From NCBI RefSeq assembly GCF_009914755.1, contig NC_060934.1: DNA of 64,000 bases; one strand, 5' to 3'. The translations under genes and the position numbers were made by a program. Below, in pieces: positions 13,146 to 25,598 of the stretch (position 1 is its first letter; each line of letters opens with the position of its first letter). Below the pieces are notes generated by a model. That model was not told the DNA's origin, made no database searches, and worked only from the letters and a program-made list of their open reading frames with translations. This DNA comes from the human T2T-CHM13v2.0 reference genome, Homo sapiens.

Positions 13146-13274
13146 ACGTTTGTGAAATTTTGTAAGCAAGTTATTTAGCTTCAGAAGTATAAGCAGAGGA
13201 AAGGACGTCATTTAAAATAAATGGTGAGAGTGTTAGTAGTGTAAAGAATTGGATTTTTATGACACATTCTTAGT
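13146..13274 (+). repeat. ~130-bp dispersed direct repeat, copy 2
   Basis: Hand alignment with 12599-12730, roughly 75-80% identical. Confidence 0.85.
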
Positions 13275-15490
13275 AAATATTGCAATTTACAACGTTTACT
13301 TTTAATCAGTATTTAAGTAACTCTCCAGATTTTTGATTTGCATATCTGTGAACTAGTAATAGTCTTATGAATATCATTTAGTTATAATGATATCTATATG
13401 CAAATTGGTTGCACCAAACATGGCTATTCACAGGACATGATTTTATAAATATTTTATTGGTGTTTCATTAATGAAACATTTTCAAAATTATCTCAAGCTC
13501 TGCTTTGATAGTTCTAAGAACTTCTTTAAAACAGGATTATTAAGAGATCTGGAAGTATTAGCCTATCATTTAATGGGAAAAAAATATATTCACGCATAGT
13601 GACTTCAATAAGAAAACAAGTATTATTTTTCCAGCCAGATATAAACTTGACTCTACATCAGAACACTTATATAGATGCCACTTTACACTTCAAGATGCAG
13701 AGTAAAAGAGGCGTAGAAGGATGGTCTTAATGGTCTTCTCTAACATGAGATATAGAAGATTATAAGTTCACCAAATAATTAAGTTACTATGCATTTCACA
13801 TATATTCAACTTTAAAATAATACTTTGATTATATGAATATAACCAAAAGATCACTAAATTACATTAAAAATGAAATGGAGGCCTTGTTACTTAAAAAAAT
13901 AAGTAGAAAGTGATGTTAAAATTTGAGGCTGATTTCTTTGCTGAGACTGAGTACATGTGAAGAAGGAAAAATGTTGCTTAGCTATCAGCTCCTTTGTACA
14001 GCAGGAAGGGATAAAAGGCTATTTATAAATAAATTAGAATAATCTCTACTTCATCCAAGAATAGGAGAGAATTAGAATTTTTATTAGATGGAAATCACTA
14101 TTTTTGGAAACGAGATGATGTGTCCACTTGAAAAATCAACACCACTTAAAGGACATAGCTAGTTACAGTATTTTCCCCCTCATGGGTGAAATTATAAATT
14201 TATAAATGTATATATATTGTAAATTAAAAATACACAGACTAGAGTAAAACAAAATAAAAAAGAGATAAAAAATGATTTTCTATCGATCGAACACAGGTAA
14301 TCTTACCTATGTTAGAAACCCACCAATACACTTTAAGAAAAGTTAAAATATCATAGAAATACTTTGATATAAAAAAGAGGATAAGTAACAAAGTTGGAGG
14401 CACCATTTTGTGAAATCTTTAGGCAGTCTAGAGATGTGTAATTTTAAATTTATATTCTCATTGGCTTCATTTAAAATATCCAGGAAATAAGCTGCTTGCT
14501 TTCTTATTCACAATTATATTTTTATCTGCAGCCTTGATACATTTTGTTCACTTCTCAGCAGTCTGTATATCTTCAGAGAATTAACTGAAAAAAAAACATG
14601 AGAGAATCAGGATATGAGAAATCTAAGAAAGTTATGTGAGTTTTCTGTTGCCTTCTGTATAGCCATGGAAATTAGTTAGAATGCAAATAACATTTTAGAT
14701 TATTATATTGAGTCATTCTACTTGACTAATCTGTTTTTCCTAAAGATTTTATGCCTGTGTGAAAAAATAAGAATAATTCTGTATAATTTTCATCAATATG
14801 ATTTACTCTTTATTATTCAAGGTTCAATGTTAAATATTCAATTATTCAATGTTATTTTCTTACATATATAATTTGAAAAAAGTTTCCATTTTCTCATATT
14901 TGATATTATATAATTTGAGGATTATCTCAAGATGACTTACTATTTTTATTCTCTATTAAGAGAAAAAATCCATCTTTAGAGATCAGTACCTTTGTTTTCA
15001 CTTCCAGATTTTCTAAACAAATATAAGCAAAATAAAATGTTGTTTCTTTTTATTTTTGTTCCTTGTAAGAGTAACTTAGAAGACTGATAGTAGTTCTACA
15101 TCCTAACTTAAAAGTATTAACTTCTGAATACGTATACAATTACATGATAGAGCCAGAGATAGCTTACAATTCACACATTTATAAACTATTGAAAAACATT
15201 GACTAGGTGAAATACACTATATGTTTCATAGAAACAATACAGTGATGAAGCAGACACACACACTATCCTTAACAAGCTTACCAGCAAGTATGGTAGATAA
15301 AAATAATAAAACAATAAGTGAGCAATAGCACCATTGCGATTCTGCTCAAAGTAGGTGTAAAATGGTAAGCTATCTAAATCTGAAGAGAAAAATCAAGTGT
15401 GACAGGAAGAGTTGTATTTTTCACTTGATAAGGGTACACCTTTGTCCTAAGTGGTACCAGGAGAGGGTGAGGAAAATTTTAGAAGAAGAC

Positions 15491-15884
15491 TGTTATAGTT
15501 TGGCTCTGTGTTCTCACCTAAGTCTCATGTCAAATTATAATCCTCAGTGTTGGAAGTGGGGTTGACAGGAAGTTGATTGGATCATAGGGATGGTTTCTAA
15601 TGGTTTAGCACCATAGTGGTGTCTCATGATAGAGTTCTCATGAGATCTGGTTGTTTAAAAATGTGTAGCACCTCCCCCTTCACTCTCTCTTCCTCCTGCT
15701 CCCACCACCTAAGACTTACTTGTTTCCCCCTTTGCCTTCTGCCATGATTGTAAAGTTCCTGAGGCCTCCCCAGAAGCAGAAGGCTGTGTAGCCCACAGAA
15801 TCATGAGCTGATTAAACCTCTTTTCTTTATAAATTAGCCATTCTCAGGTATGTCTTTATAGCAGTGCAAGAATGAACTAATACA
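15491..15884 (+). mobile_element. MaLR LTR, MSTA-like (5' LTR)
   Basis: TG...CA ends (tgttatagtttggctctgtg...gaactaataca), attaaa poly(A) signal, gccttctgccatgattgtaa motif. Confidence 0.9.
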
Positions 15885-16962
15885 GAAAATTAATATGAGA
15901 AAGTGAGGCATTGATATAAAGATACCTGAAAATGTGGAAGCAACTTTGGAACTGGGTAATGCACAGAGGTTGGAACAGTTTGGAGAGCTCAGAAGAAGGA
16001 AGGAAGATGAGGGAAAGTTTAGAACTTCTTAGAGATTTGTTGAATGGTTGTGAACAAAATGCTGACAGCGATATGGACAGTGAAGTCCAGGCTGAGCTTG
16101 TCTCTGATACAGATGAGGAACTTATTGGGAACTGGAGTAAAGTTCAATCTTGCTGTGCTTTAACAAAGAGACTGGCAGCATTGTGTCCCTGCTTTAGGGA
16201 TCTGTGGAACTTTGAACTTGAGAGTGATTATTTACAGTATCTGGCAGAAGAAATTTCTAAGCAGCAAAGCATTCAAGGGGTGGCCTGGCTGCTTCCAACA
16301 GCATATGGCCATATGTGTGAGCAAAGAGATGTACTGAAACTGGAACTTAAATTTAAAAGGAAAGCAAAGCATAAAAGTTTAGAAAATTTGTAGACTGACC
16401 ATGTGGTAGAAAAGGGAAACCCATTTTCTGGGGAGAAATTCAACCTGGCTGCAGAAATTTGCATAAGTAAAAAGAAGCCAAATATTAATGGCCAAGACAA
16501 TGAGAAAAATGCCTTGAAGGCATTTCAGATAACTTTGTGGCAGCCCCTCCCATCACATGCCTGGAGATCTAGGAGAGAAGAATGGTTTTGTGGGTTGGGC
16601 AAGGCCCTGCTGTTCTGTGCAACCTTGGGACACTGCTCCCTGTGTCCTAACTGCTCCAGCTCCAGTCATGGCTAAAAGGGCCCAAGATTTGTCTCAGGCT
16701 TCTGGTCCAGAGGGTGCCAGCCATAAACCTTGGGGACATCTATGTGATATGAAGCCTGTAGGTACACAGAGGGCAAGAGACGAGGCTTGGGAGCCTACAC
16801 TTAGATCTCAGAGGATGTATGGAAAGGCCTGAATGTCCAGGCAGAAGTCTGCTGCAGGAGCAGAACTAGGGCAGTGCAGATGGGAAATGTGGGGTTGGAA
16901 CCCCCGCACAGAGTCCCTACTGGGGCAATGGCTAGTGAAGCTGTGAGAAGAGGGCCACTGTC
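15885..16962 (+). mobile_element. MSTA internal sequence, 3'-truncated with no 3' LTR; contains a 153-aa ORF remnant (15932-16393)
   Basis: gatacctgaaaatgtggaagcaactttggaactgggtaat...gatctgtggaactttgaacttgagag is characteristic MaLR-int sequence. Confidence 0.88.
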
Positions 16963-18157
16963 ATATTTTTCCTGATCATTTGGATGTCTATCTCTGTATC
17001 TATTTCAGAAGGTGACAATCACAGTATATTTTGAGATTAAGATCATTAAACACATGTTTTTCAATCAGTTAAACTCATAAAGAAAGCATATATTATCACT
17101 TACAATATTCAGCTTTTTATATATTTACCTATCAATTCTGAAATATCTCAAAGGCCAACCATATTTGATAGTCCTGGACATATTTTTGAAAAAAAAATTT
17201 GTATCTTTTTATATTCCTTTTGAAATTATTTTTGTTTGAAAGAATAATTTTTATATAGTAATCTATGTTGAAAAGAGGGTGCATTATCATGTTAAAATCC
17301 AAAGGTCAGACATCTGTGAAAATTGCACAATTTGCTAAAAACCAAAAAGCTGAGAAAATTTATTCTGCATCATCTCAATATAAATTGTAGATCAAATATG
17401 ATTTGGATTGACAATGGTAGAAATGAACTGTGTTCCACTTAACATCTAAAATATCAGAGTTGGTTATGCTGTGAGTTGTATGTGGACTAACGTTAAGCTA
17501 GCCAAGAATTATCTTGGTGTTCTTATCTTCTATATGTGTCTCTTGAATTTCAGATGATCTGACATTTATACCTTCAAGGAAAGCGCTAAATATTTTTTAC
17601 ATTCATTATAGCTAGTGATTACTTATTTGGATATTCATTTTTTTCTGTAAACATATTTACTTTGTGAGTCAACCAATCTACTTCAAATATAATTTTAAGT
17701 AATTTATTCTTACTATGTGGTTGTGCATTAGGGAATATATTTGAAGCAGTCTGCATATTGAGAAGTATTTTAGAAGAGGAGACAGACAATTCATTTTTTT
17801 CCTTGGAATCAAGAACATTCACACAAATAAAAATTATAGCTATCATTTATTCATGGCCTACTTTGTGCCAAACACTTTATGTACATATATGCTTAGTTAG
17901 CCTCACTAAGTAGTTGCAAAAATTCACTAAACTGTCTTAATTTGCAATGATCATTTTATAATGAAAGTTTAATAAAATGTTTTCTACAAAAGTTCACTTT
18001 GAGAAAAAAGAAAATGGTCAAAAGTAATATTTTTGTTGCTACCGTAATCAGTTTTGGTCTATATACTTTCCCAATGCATGAGCATCTAAAGCATTGCAAC
18101 TTATTCATTTTCATATTACCCAAATATTTTAACACAAAATCTACTTATCAAGAATTG

Positions 18158-18322
18158 TGAAGGTCAAGTGTGGGAGGAGGGAGAGAAACAGAAAAAGATA
18201 ACTATTGAGTTCTAGGCTTAGTACCTGGGTGACAAAATAATATGTACATCAAACCTCCGTGACAGGAGTTTATATAATAAACCTGTACATGTATCCCTGG
18301 ACCCAAAATAAAAGTCAAAAAA
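18158..18322 (+). mobile_element. L1 3' UTR fragment (L1PA13-16-like)
   Basis: ggcttagtacctgggtgacaaaataat...aacctgtacatgtatccctg...aaaataaaagt plus A tail. Confidence 0.8.
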
Positions 18323-19199
18323 TATATTATTTGTTAAAACCTAACTCTAATATACCTGCTGCAACAAAAACTACAGCTCTTGAAGATTTGAATGAATCCA
18401 CAATCAATATCCTAAGAGTTAGTTTTCTCTGAAGTGATAGTGATATAATATACAGGCGTCAAACATAGTTTCAGTGGAGAATATTAAATAACTAACTGAA
18501 TGTTTCCCTTGAGTGAATACTAATCAAAGATTCAGTCCCAAACTACAGTAAAATGACAGCTATCAAATTATTTATGTATTCTCAAATAAAAAAGGTCTCA
18601 GAATGCATTAAAGTATGTGACTTCTAAGTATGACATTTGTACATGAAAATCTCATAAAGCATAGCCACTTCTACCCTTTCTGATATCCTTTAAAAAATGA
18701 TTATTTTCTTATAGTTGGTGGAATAGAAACGTCTGAAATAAATTTAGTCATATTTTGTAGTTATATAATCTATGCTGTTAAAAGAATTATATGTAAGTAT
18801 ATACTACATATGTATAACATATGTGGGATTATACATATTTGTTTTGCTTTTTTCTCATTTCCATAGATGGAACAATAATTAGGACCTTCCAGTCCCTACA
18901 ATAAACATCTTATGTATCATCTTGAAAATAAGGTTCTTGATATTTCAGTTAAAAAGACAAAAAAAAAACAGAAATGCTTTATGTTTAGATCTTGTTACAT
19001 CTGTCAAAGACAACTCATTTAAGGAAAAAAAAATTAGAAATAATTTTGTTAATGGATCTTTATGCTTGGGAGCTTCTGGGAAGTATTTGCCCAGCCTTTG
19101 GTAAGTGCTCTGTGGAGAACATAGCAAGAAACCAATTTTATGAAAGCAGCTAGCATCAGTCTCTCTCTCTCTCACTGTTTTTCTCTGACTCTCTTTTTT

Positions 19200-19405
19200 G
19201 TTTTTAACATTTTAATAAAAATTTATTATATACATTTAAGTTGTACAACATAATGTTTTGGTCTATGTATACATATTGAAATGATGATTATATCTAAGCC
19301 AATTAATGTAGACATAATCTCACATAGTTATCTTTTAATGTAACAGTACCTAAATGTGTTCTCTTAGCAAATTTTCAGTATAAAATATAATATTATGACG
19401 TATCA
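19200..19405 (-). mobile_element. L1MA (L1MA9-like) 3' end, left part, interrupted by Charlie3
   Basis: tacatttaagttgtacaacataatgtttt...tcacatagttat...ctcttagcaaattttcagtat; continues at 22080. Confidence 0.8.
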
Positions 19406-22079
19406 CAGTGGTCCCCGACCTTTTTTGGCATCAGGGACTGGTTCCCTGTAAGACAATTTTTCCACAGACTGGGGGTGCGGGGTGGGAGGATGGTTTCAGG
19501 ATGATTCAAACACATTACATTTACTGTACACTTTATTTCTATTATTATTATTATATTGTAATAGATAATGAAATAATTATACAACTCACCACAGTGTAGA
19601 ATCAGTGGGATCCCTGAGCTTGTTGTCCTGCAACTAGACAGTCCCATCTGGGGATGATGAGTGACAGTGACACCCGAAGTGTGTTGCCTATGTTTAACTT
19701 ACTCTGTAATGTCATTTTGGTTGCTGTCGCTGAAGAAAACCCTGCTTCACAAAGATAGGATGTTGGAAATGGAAGCAGGCTTTCCACTGCTTTTGTGGCA
19801 ATCTCAGGATATTCCACCCTGACTTTAATCCAAAACGTTTGGAGATTTGAAGTTGTCTCAAACATACTTTTCAGGCCACTGTCATTTGTGATCTCAAGCT
19901 ATTGATCCTTTTCTAACACAGACGAAGTTGATTCACCTGGCTTATTCACAAATGGGTCATGGATCCATTCCTTCCCAGTTTGGGGGTCTTTTGTGGTTGG
20001 GAAGTAATGCTCAAACTCTTTGGAAAACTGAGATAGGTGATTATGAACAAGCTGGGAGAAAGGAGGCCCTGGCTAAGTCTCTTTCAAAACTCTGCTAATG
20101 TTTGAAACATGTCAGAAATTCCAGTGTTCACTCATCACCCCCATAATTCCAGTTGGGCTTTGAATGCAGTCACTTTTTCTGCCAACTTGAACACAGTCAT
20201 CATTCTCCTCTGAAGTGACAGATTGAGTTTATTCAGTTGGTTGAATATGTCACATAACTAAGCAAGTTTTGCTACTGATTCTGTGTCACTGACATTTGCT
20301 GCCAGTGATAACTGTTTATCTAAAAGAAATCTCTGGAGTGGCTCTCATAATTCAAAAACTCTGGACAGTGGTCTACGTTTAGAAAGCCATCTCACTTCAG
20401 TGTATGGGAAGACGTGTGTGCTCTGCACCCATCTTCTCACCAAGCTGCACAAACAGACATGAGTTAAGGACATGTATTTAATGTGGTTGATCATTTTAAT
20501 CACATCCTGCAAAAGTGTTGTTAAGTTCAGGTGACATTTTTCAGCTAGCCAGCAGTTCTCTATAGATGACACATTGCATAGACTCACATTCAGAAGCTAC
20601 TTCTTTGACTCAAGTAGTAAAAGCAGAAAGCTGTCCAGTCATGGCAGCCACTTCCTCCATGAATATATCAACACAAAATGACCAATTCTGTTTTCCTGAT
20701 AAGTAATTATTCAAAGACTTGAATAGTTCTGCAGCTGTGGTAGTGGTTGGAATAAAAAGTGCACATCCTCCTGCATATTCTCCTGAAAAATATATTGCAC
20801 AGAAATAACATTGTTTCCTTGTCAACATCAGTAGACCCAGCAACCTGGATTGTGTACCATGGTGACTTATTAATCCTCTCTAGCAATTTTGCCTCAGTAT
20901 CCTCTGCTACTTTATCAATTTGTCTATCTCTGATGCTAGGGGAAAGAAGAACATGTACCACTTTTTGAACTGCTGTCTCTCCTAAAAGTTTATGACAAAT
21001 GTCCTTAGCAGCAGGCAGGATCAACTCTTCACCAATAGTAAAGGGCTTCTTAGCTTTAGCAATACAGTTAGCCACTAAGAAGGATGCTCTCAATGCAGAC
21101 ACATTTGATAAAGTGGTGGCCTTCAATAACGGTTTCTGTTCTTCATGTTCACGTATTTTGTTTTGAAAAACTCCAACATTTTGTCTTTTAATGCAGGGTG
21201 CTTAGTCTCCACGTGACGAAACAGTTTTAAAGGTTTCATGGCTTCATTGGATAGCTAGTCGCCACATATTATACAAAGTGGGCTTGGAGAATGTGAATCA
21301 CCTATTGCAGGGAACCCATAATTTAAGTAGGATTCTTGATATTTTCTTTTAAATGCAGCTTTTTGTTGTTGTTGGCAGTCTAAAAATCTTCCACTTTCCC
21401 ATCATTGGGGCTTTCCCCCTTTTCAAAGAAGCTCTCCAATGACCTTTTTTTTCACTCATTTTGGCAAGGTTTAGCTTGCGGGCTTACCAAAACTGTGACT
21501 GGGAGAGGTGCACATTGCAGGAAAGAGGCGCAGATGGAAGTGGTAAATGAAATAATGGGTGGACCTCGTATATACTGAAATAAATGTCTGATTCTGACTT
21601 AAAGACTGCCACTAGATGTAGCTATACAATTGAAGTACATCAACTCACTTGCCACTATAAAGTCTGCCATGAGATGCAGCTTAATAGTCAGTTGCTACTT
21701 ACTGATAGGGCCTTGATATGAGTCTGCAAACAATTGACTTGGTGCAGTCAAACCTCCTTGCTAAGGTTAGCCTGTATTTGCCACCACTCTCCAGTGCTAG
21801 CATCACCAGCTCAGCTCCACTTCAGATCATCGGGCATTAGATTCTCATAGGGAGCATGCAACCTAGAACCCTTGCATGCACAGTCCATAATAGGGTTTGG
21901 GCTCCTATAAGAATCTAATGCAGCAGCTGATCTGACAGGAGGAGAAGCTCAGGCTCTAATGTGAGTGATGGGGAGCAGCTGTAAATACAGATGAAGCCGC
22001 TGACCTCTTGCTGTGTGGCCCGGTTCCTACCAGGCCACAGACTGGTACAGGTCTGTGGCGAATGGGTTAGAGACACCTG
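19406..22079 (-). mobile_element. Charlie3 (MER1-family) hAT DNA transposon, near full length (2674 bp)
   Basis: 15-bp TIRs cagtggtccccgacc / ggttagagacacctg, MER1A/B-type subterminal sequence, decayed 8-bp TSD (acgtatca / acctatag) and an internal transposase. Confidence 0.92.
19602..21459 (-). pseudogene. Decayed hAT (Buster/Charlie) transposase
   Basis: Frameshifted pieces: BED-type finger (PLCIICGD*LSNEAMKP..RHVETKH), ALRASFLVANCIAKAKKPFTIGEELILPAA, TEVRWLS and the C-terminal dimerisation domain FWIKVRVEYPEIA...LLPFPTSYLCEAGFS. Confidence 0.88.
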
Positions 22080-22227
22080 ACCTATAGTCCTCATGCTGTA
22101 CATTAGATCTCCAGACTTATTTATCCTGTATAACTGCAACTTTTTACCCTATGACCCCACTAGTTCTCTTTTTCTCCCCACCCTGCTTCCACTGCCTCTA
22201 GTAACCACAGTTCTAACACGTCCAGCT

Positions 22228-22360
22228 ATTTTTTTTTTTCCTTGTGGGGACAGGGTTGTGTCATGTGCCCAGGCTGGTCTTGAACTCAAACTCATAGCAA
22301 TCTGCCCATCTCCACTTCCTGAAGTGCTAGGATTACAGGTGTTAGCCACTGCACCTGGCC
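22228..22360 (-). mobile_element. Free left Alu monomer (FLAM)
   Basis: Poly(T), then a single Alu left arm gcccaggctggtcttgaactc...gtgctaggattacaggtgttagccactgcacctggcc. Confidence 0.8.
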
Positions 22361-23502
22361 AATACTATGCTTGCTTTATCTATTCATCCATCAACAGACA
22401 CTTACTTAGGTTCTTTCCATATCTTGACTATTGTGAATAATGCTGTATTAACATGGAAATTCATATATCTTTCAAGGAGGTGATTTAATTTTCTTTGGGT
22501 ATGAATCCAGAAGAAAGATTGCTGGGCCATATAGTAGTTCTAGTTTTAAGTTTTGAGATGTCTTCATGTAGTTTTTCATAATAGCTTTACCAGTCTATTC
22601 CCACCGACAGTGTACAAGGGTTTCGCTTTCTTCACACCCTTACCAACACTTGTTATTCTTGTCTTTTTGATAATAACCATCCTAACAGGTATAAGGTGAT
22701 ATCTCATTATGATTTTGACTTGCATTTCCCTGATGATTCATGACATTGAGGACCTTTTAATATACCTATTGGCCATATTTATGTCTCTTTGGAAAAATAT
22801 CAGTTCAAATCCTTTGCCCGTTTTCAAATCAACTTATTATTTGCTATGAAGTTGTGTGAGTTTCCTATATATTTTGGACATTAGCCCCCTATCAGATATA
22901 TGATTCACAAATATTTTCTCCCAATTCGTAGGCCACCTTATCATTTTGTTGTTTGTTTCCTTTGAAATGCAGAAGCTTTTTAGTTTGATGTAGTCCCTCT
23001 TGTTTATTTTTGCTTTTGTTACCTGTGCTTTTGGTATCCTATCCAAAAAATTATTGCCAAAGCCAACGTCAAAGAACTTTTCCCCTATGCTTTCTTCTAA
23101 GAGTTTTACAATTTCAGGTGTTACATTTGGGTCATTAGTGCATTTTCAAATTGATTTTTTGTATGTGATTTAAGATGGGGTCCTGTTTCATTTTTGCATG
23201 TGGATATGCAGTTTTTCCAACACAATTTATTGAAGTGACTATCATTACCCATTGTGTCTTCTGGATGCTCTTGTTAAAAATTAGTTGGCTGTCTGGGCTT
23301 GGGTTTGTTTCTGGGCTACCTACTCTGTTCCATTGGTCTATGAATCTGTTTTTATGCCAGTATCATACTCTTTGATTGCTATAGCTATAAATTATAATTT
23401 TGAAATCAGGAAGTGTGATGCTTCCAACTTTGTTTTCCTTCTCAGGATTACTTTAGCTATTCAGAATATTTTGTGGGTTCACAAGAATTTTAGAGTTGTA
23501 TT

Positions 23503-23664
23503 TTCTTTTTTTCTTTCTGAGACAGGGTCTCACTCTGTCACCCAGGTTGGAGTGCGGTGGCATGATCATGGCTCACTGCAGCCTTGACCTCCTGGGCTCA
23601 GGTGATCCTCCCACCTCAGCCTCCTGGGTAGCTGACACTAGAGGTGTGCCAAAACATCCAGTTA

Positions 23665-23704
<40 letters not shown>

Positions 23705-23745
23705 ATTTTTTGTAGAGATGGGGTTTTGCCATATTGACCAGGCTG
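23503..23745 (-). mobile_element. AluJ, 5'-truncated, with (TG)17 in the linker
   Basis: gagacagggtctcactctgtcacccagg...gcagccttgacctcctgggctcagg J-type diagnostics; (TG)17 at 23667-23700. Confidence 0.88.
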
Positions 23746-24493
23746 CAGAATTGTTTTATTTTTCTATTTGTGTAAAAATGACATTGGAACTTTGATAGGG
23801 ATTGCATTTAATTTGCGTATTTATAATTTATTGTTTTTCCTCTTGCATTCTTTCTTGCCTTAATTCCCTCCTACTCTTTTTCTCATTCATTTGATTTCAA
23901 CCACATAATTATTGCACTTAGAAGGTTCTCAAACATAGATGAAACTCTTTTTTGTTTTATGTAACTATGCTAAATCATTGCATGTGTTCAGTTGAAGTCT
24001 ACTCTTTGTTCTTCAATATAAGAAAAATATAAGAATATGTTGAATTTCAAGCGATTTAAAATTGTTTATCACCTACCTAACAAAGCTTTGGTAACAGAAT
24101 AAAAATTGTTTATAGTAGAGAGTATGCTGAACTGCTGAAACTGTTTTATGTGTTAAGTTATCCAATCTTAACAGTTCATCACACAAAGCCTCTGGTGGGC
24201 TTTCATTCCATAATATTGTTTCTGCTGCAAACATGAACATGTTTGATAAATACGGATTTTTCTTAGGCACTAATGGTTGAAGCTAATATACACACACACA
24301 CACAATCATGTACTTGTTAGCATCCCCAAGAAACAGATACGTAAAATATATTTCAATGTGCTTTTTTTGTATGTTAGTTTCTTTCAGGTAAAAAAAAAGT
24401 AACTTCTCTGGTTTCTGTCTCCCTCCTCCAATTCCCTCACATTGATGCAGGCTCATTTCGAAGAATTTGATATGTGAGGCACATTTCATCTTA

Positions 24494-24859
<366 letters not shown>

Positions 24860-25239
24860 TTACTATAATTAGCTGATCAATGAGACCTGCTACCCTGGTC
24901 ACTTTCCTAGATTCCATGCCATTGTTCAAATTCCAGTTTATTCCAGAGGAATTACATGAAAGACAGTCAAGAGAGAGGAGAGGATCTAGTTTCTGTAGCC
25001 CTTGGCTTCCCCTAATCTTGTGTTGCAGGTTAAATCTTCTGCTCTCCTTCTTGCTCTCTAATATCATGTCACATTAACTCCTAATAAGCCTTTTGTTCCA
25101 AAAACCACAAAGTCGTGCAGGTAGAAAGCATGTGTTTATCACCCTACTGCTCTCAATTTTCTGGAATAGTTAAATAATATGCTGATATTTCATATCAATA
25201 TTTGCATATAATCACAACCTGAGTTTTAAGGTTGAAAAT

Positions 25240-25598
25240 CTTACTACTCAAAGGTGATCTACTTAGCAGTGACACTGATATATAGTCGCTAGATAAAATA
25301 TAGAATAGCCAGTTAAATTGTAAATTCAGATAAAAATAATTTTTAGAAATATTTTTAGTAGATGTATAGCCATTGGGACATACACATCCAAACAAGTATA
25401 CAAGGGTTTATCTGAAATCCAAATTTAACTGGGCTACCTGCATCTATAGTTGCTAAATTTGCCACCCTACATTGGCACCAGTTGGGGAATTTTAGAAATG
25501 CAGGGTCTTAGGCTTCTTCTCAAATCTAATAATTTAAAATCTGAAATTCAAGAAGAATCAAAGGTGATTAATATACACATTAAAGTCTGAAAAGCACT
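25240..25598. mobile_element. MER5-type MITE split by MER53
   Basis: ttactactcaaaggtg at left; ttagaaatgcag...ggtgattaatatacacattaaagtctgaaaagcact at right. Confidence 0.5.
25281..25469. mobile_element. MER53 palindromic hAT MITE
   Basis: ccagttaaattgtaaattcagataa ... ttatctgaaatccaaatttaactgg inverted arms, terminus ttgccacccta and central gggacatac. Confidence 0.8.

Larger units (their letters stand above)
22080..23815 (-). mobile_element. L1MA (L1MA9-like) 3' UTR and ORF2 portion, continuation, interrupted by a FLAM and an AluJ
   Basis: ctatagtcctcatgctgtacattagatctccag resumes the L1; ORF 22837-23046 (KAQVTKAKINKRDYIKLKSFC...WEKIF) is L1 ORF2. Confidence 0.88.

Noticed and set aside
19602-21459. 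Possible domesticated ZBED-like gene
   Set aside because: Multiple frameshifts and stops with TIRs retained indicate a neutrally decaying transposon
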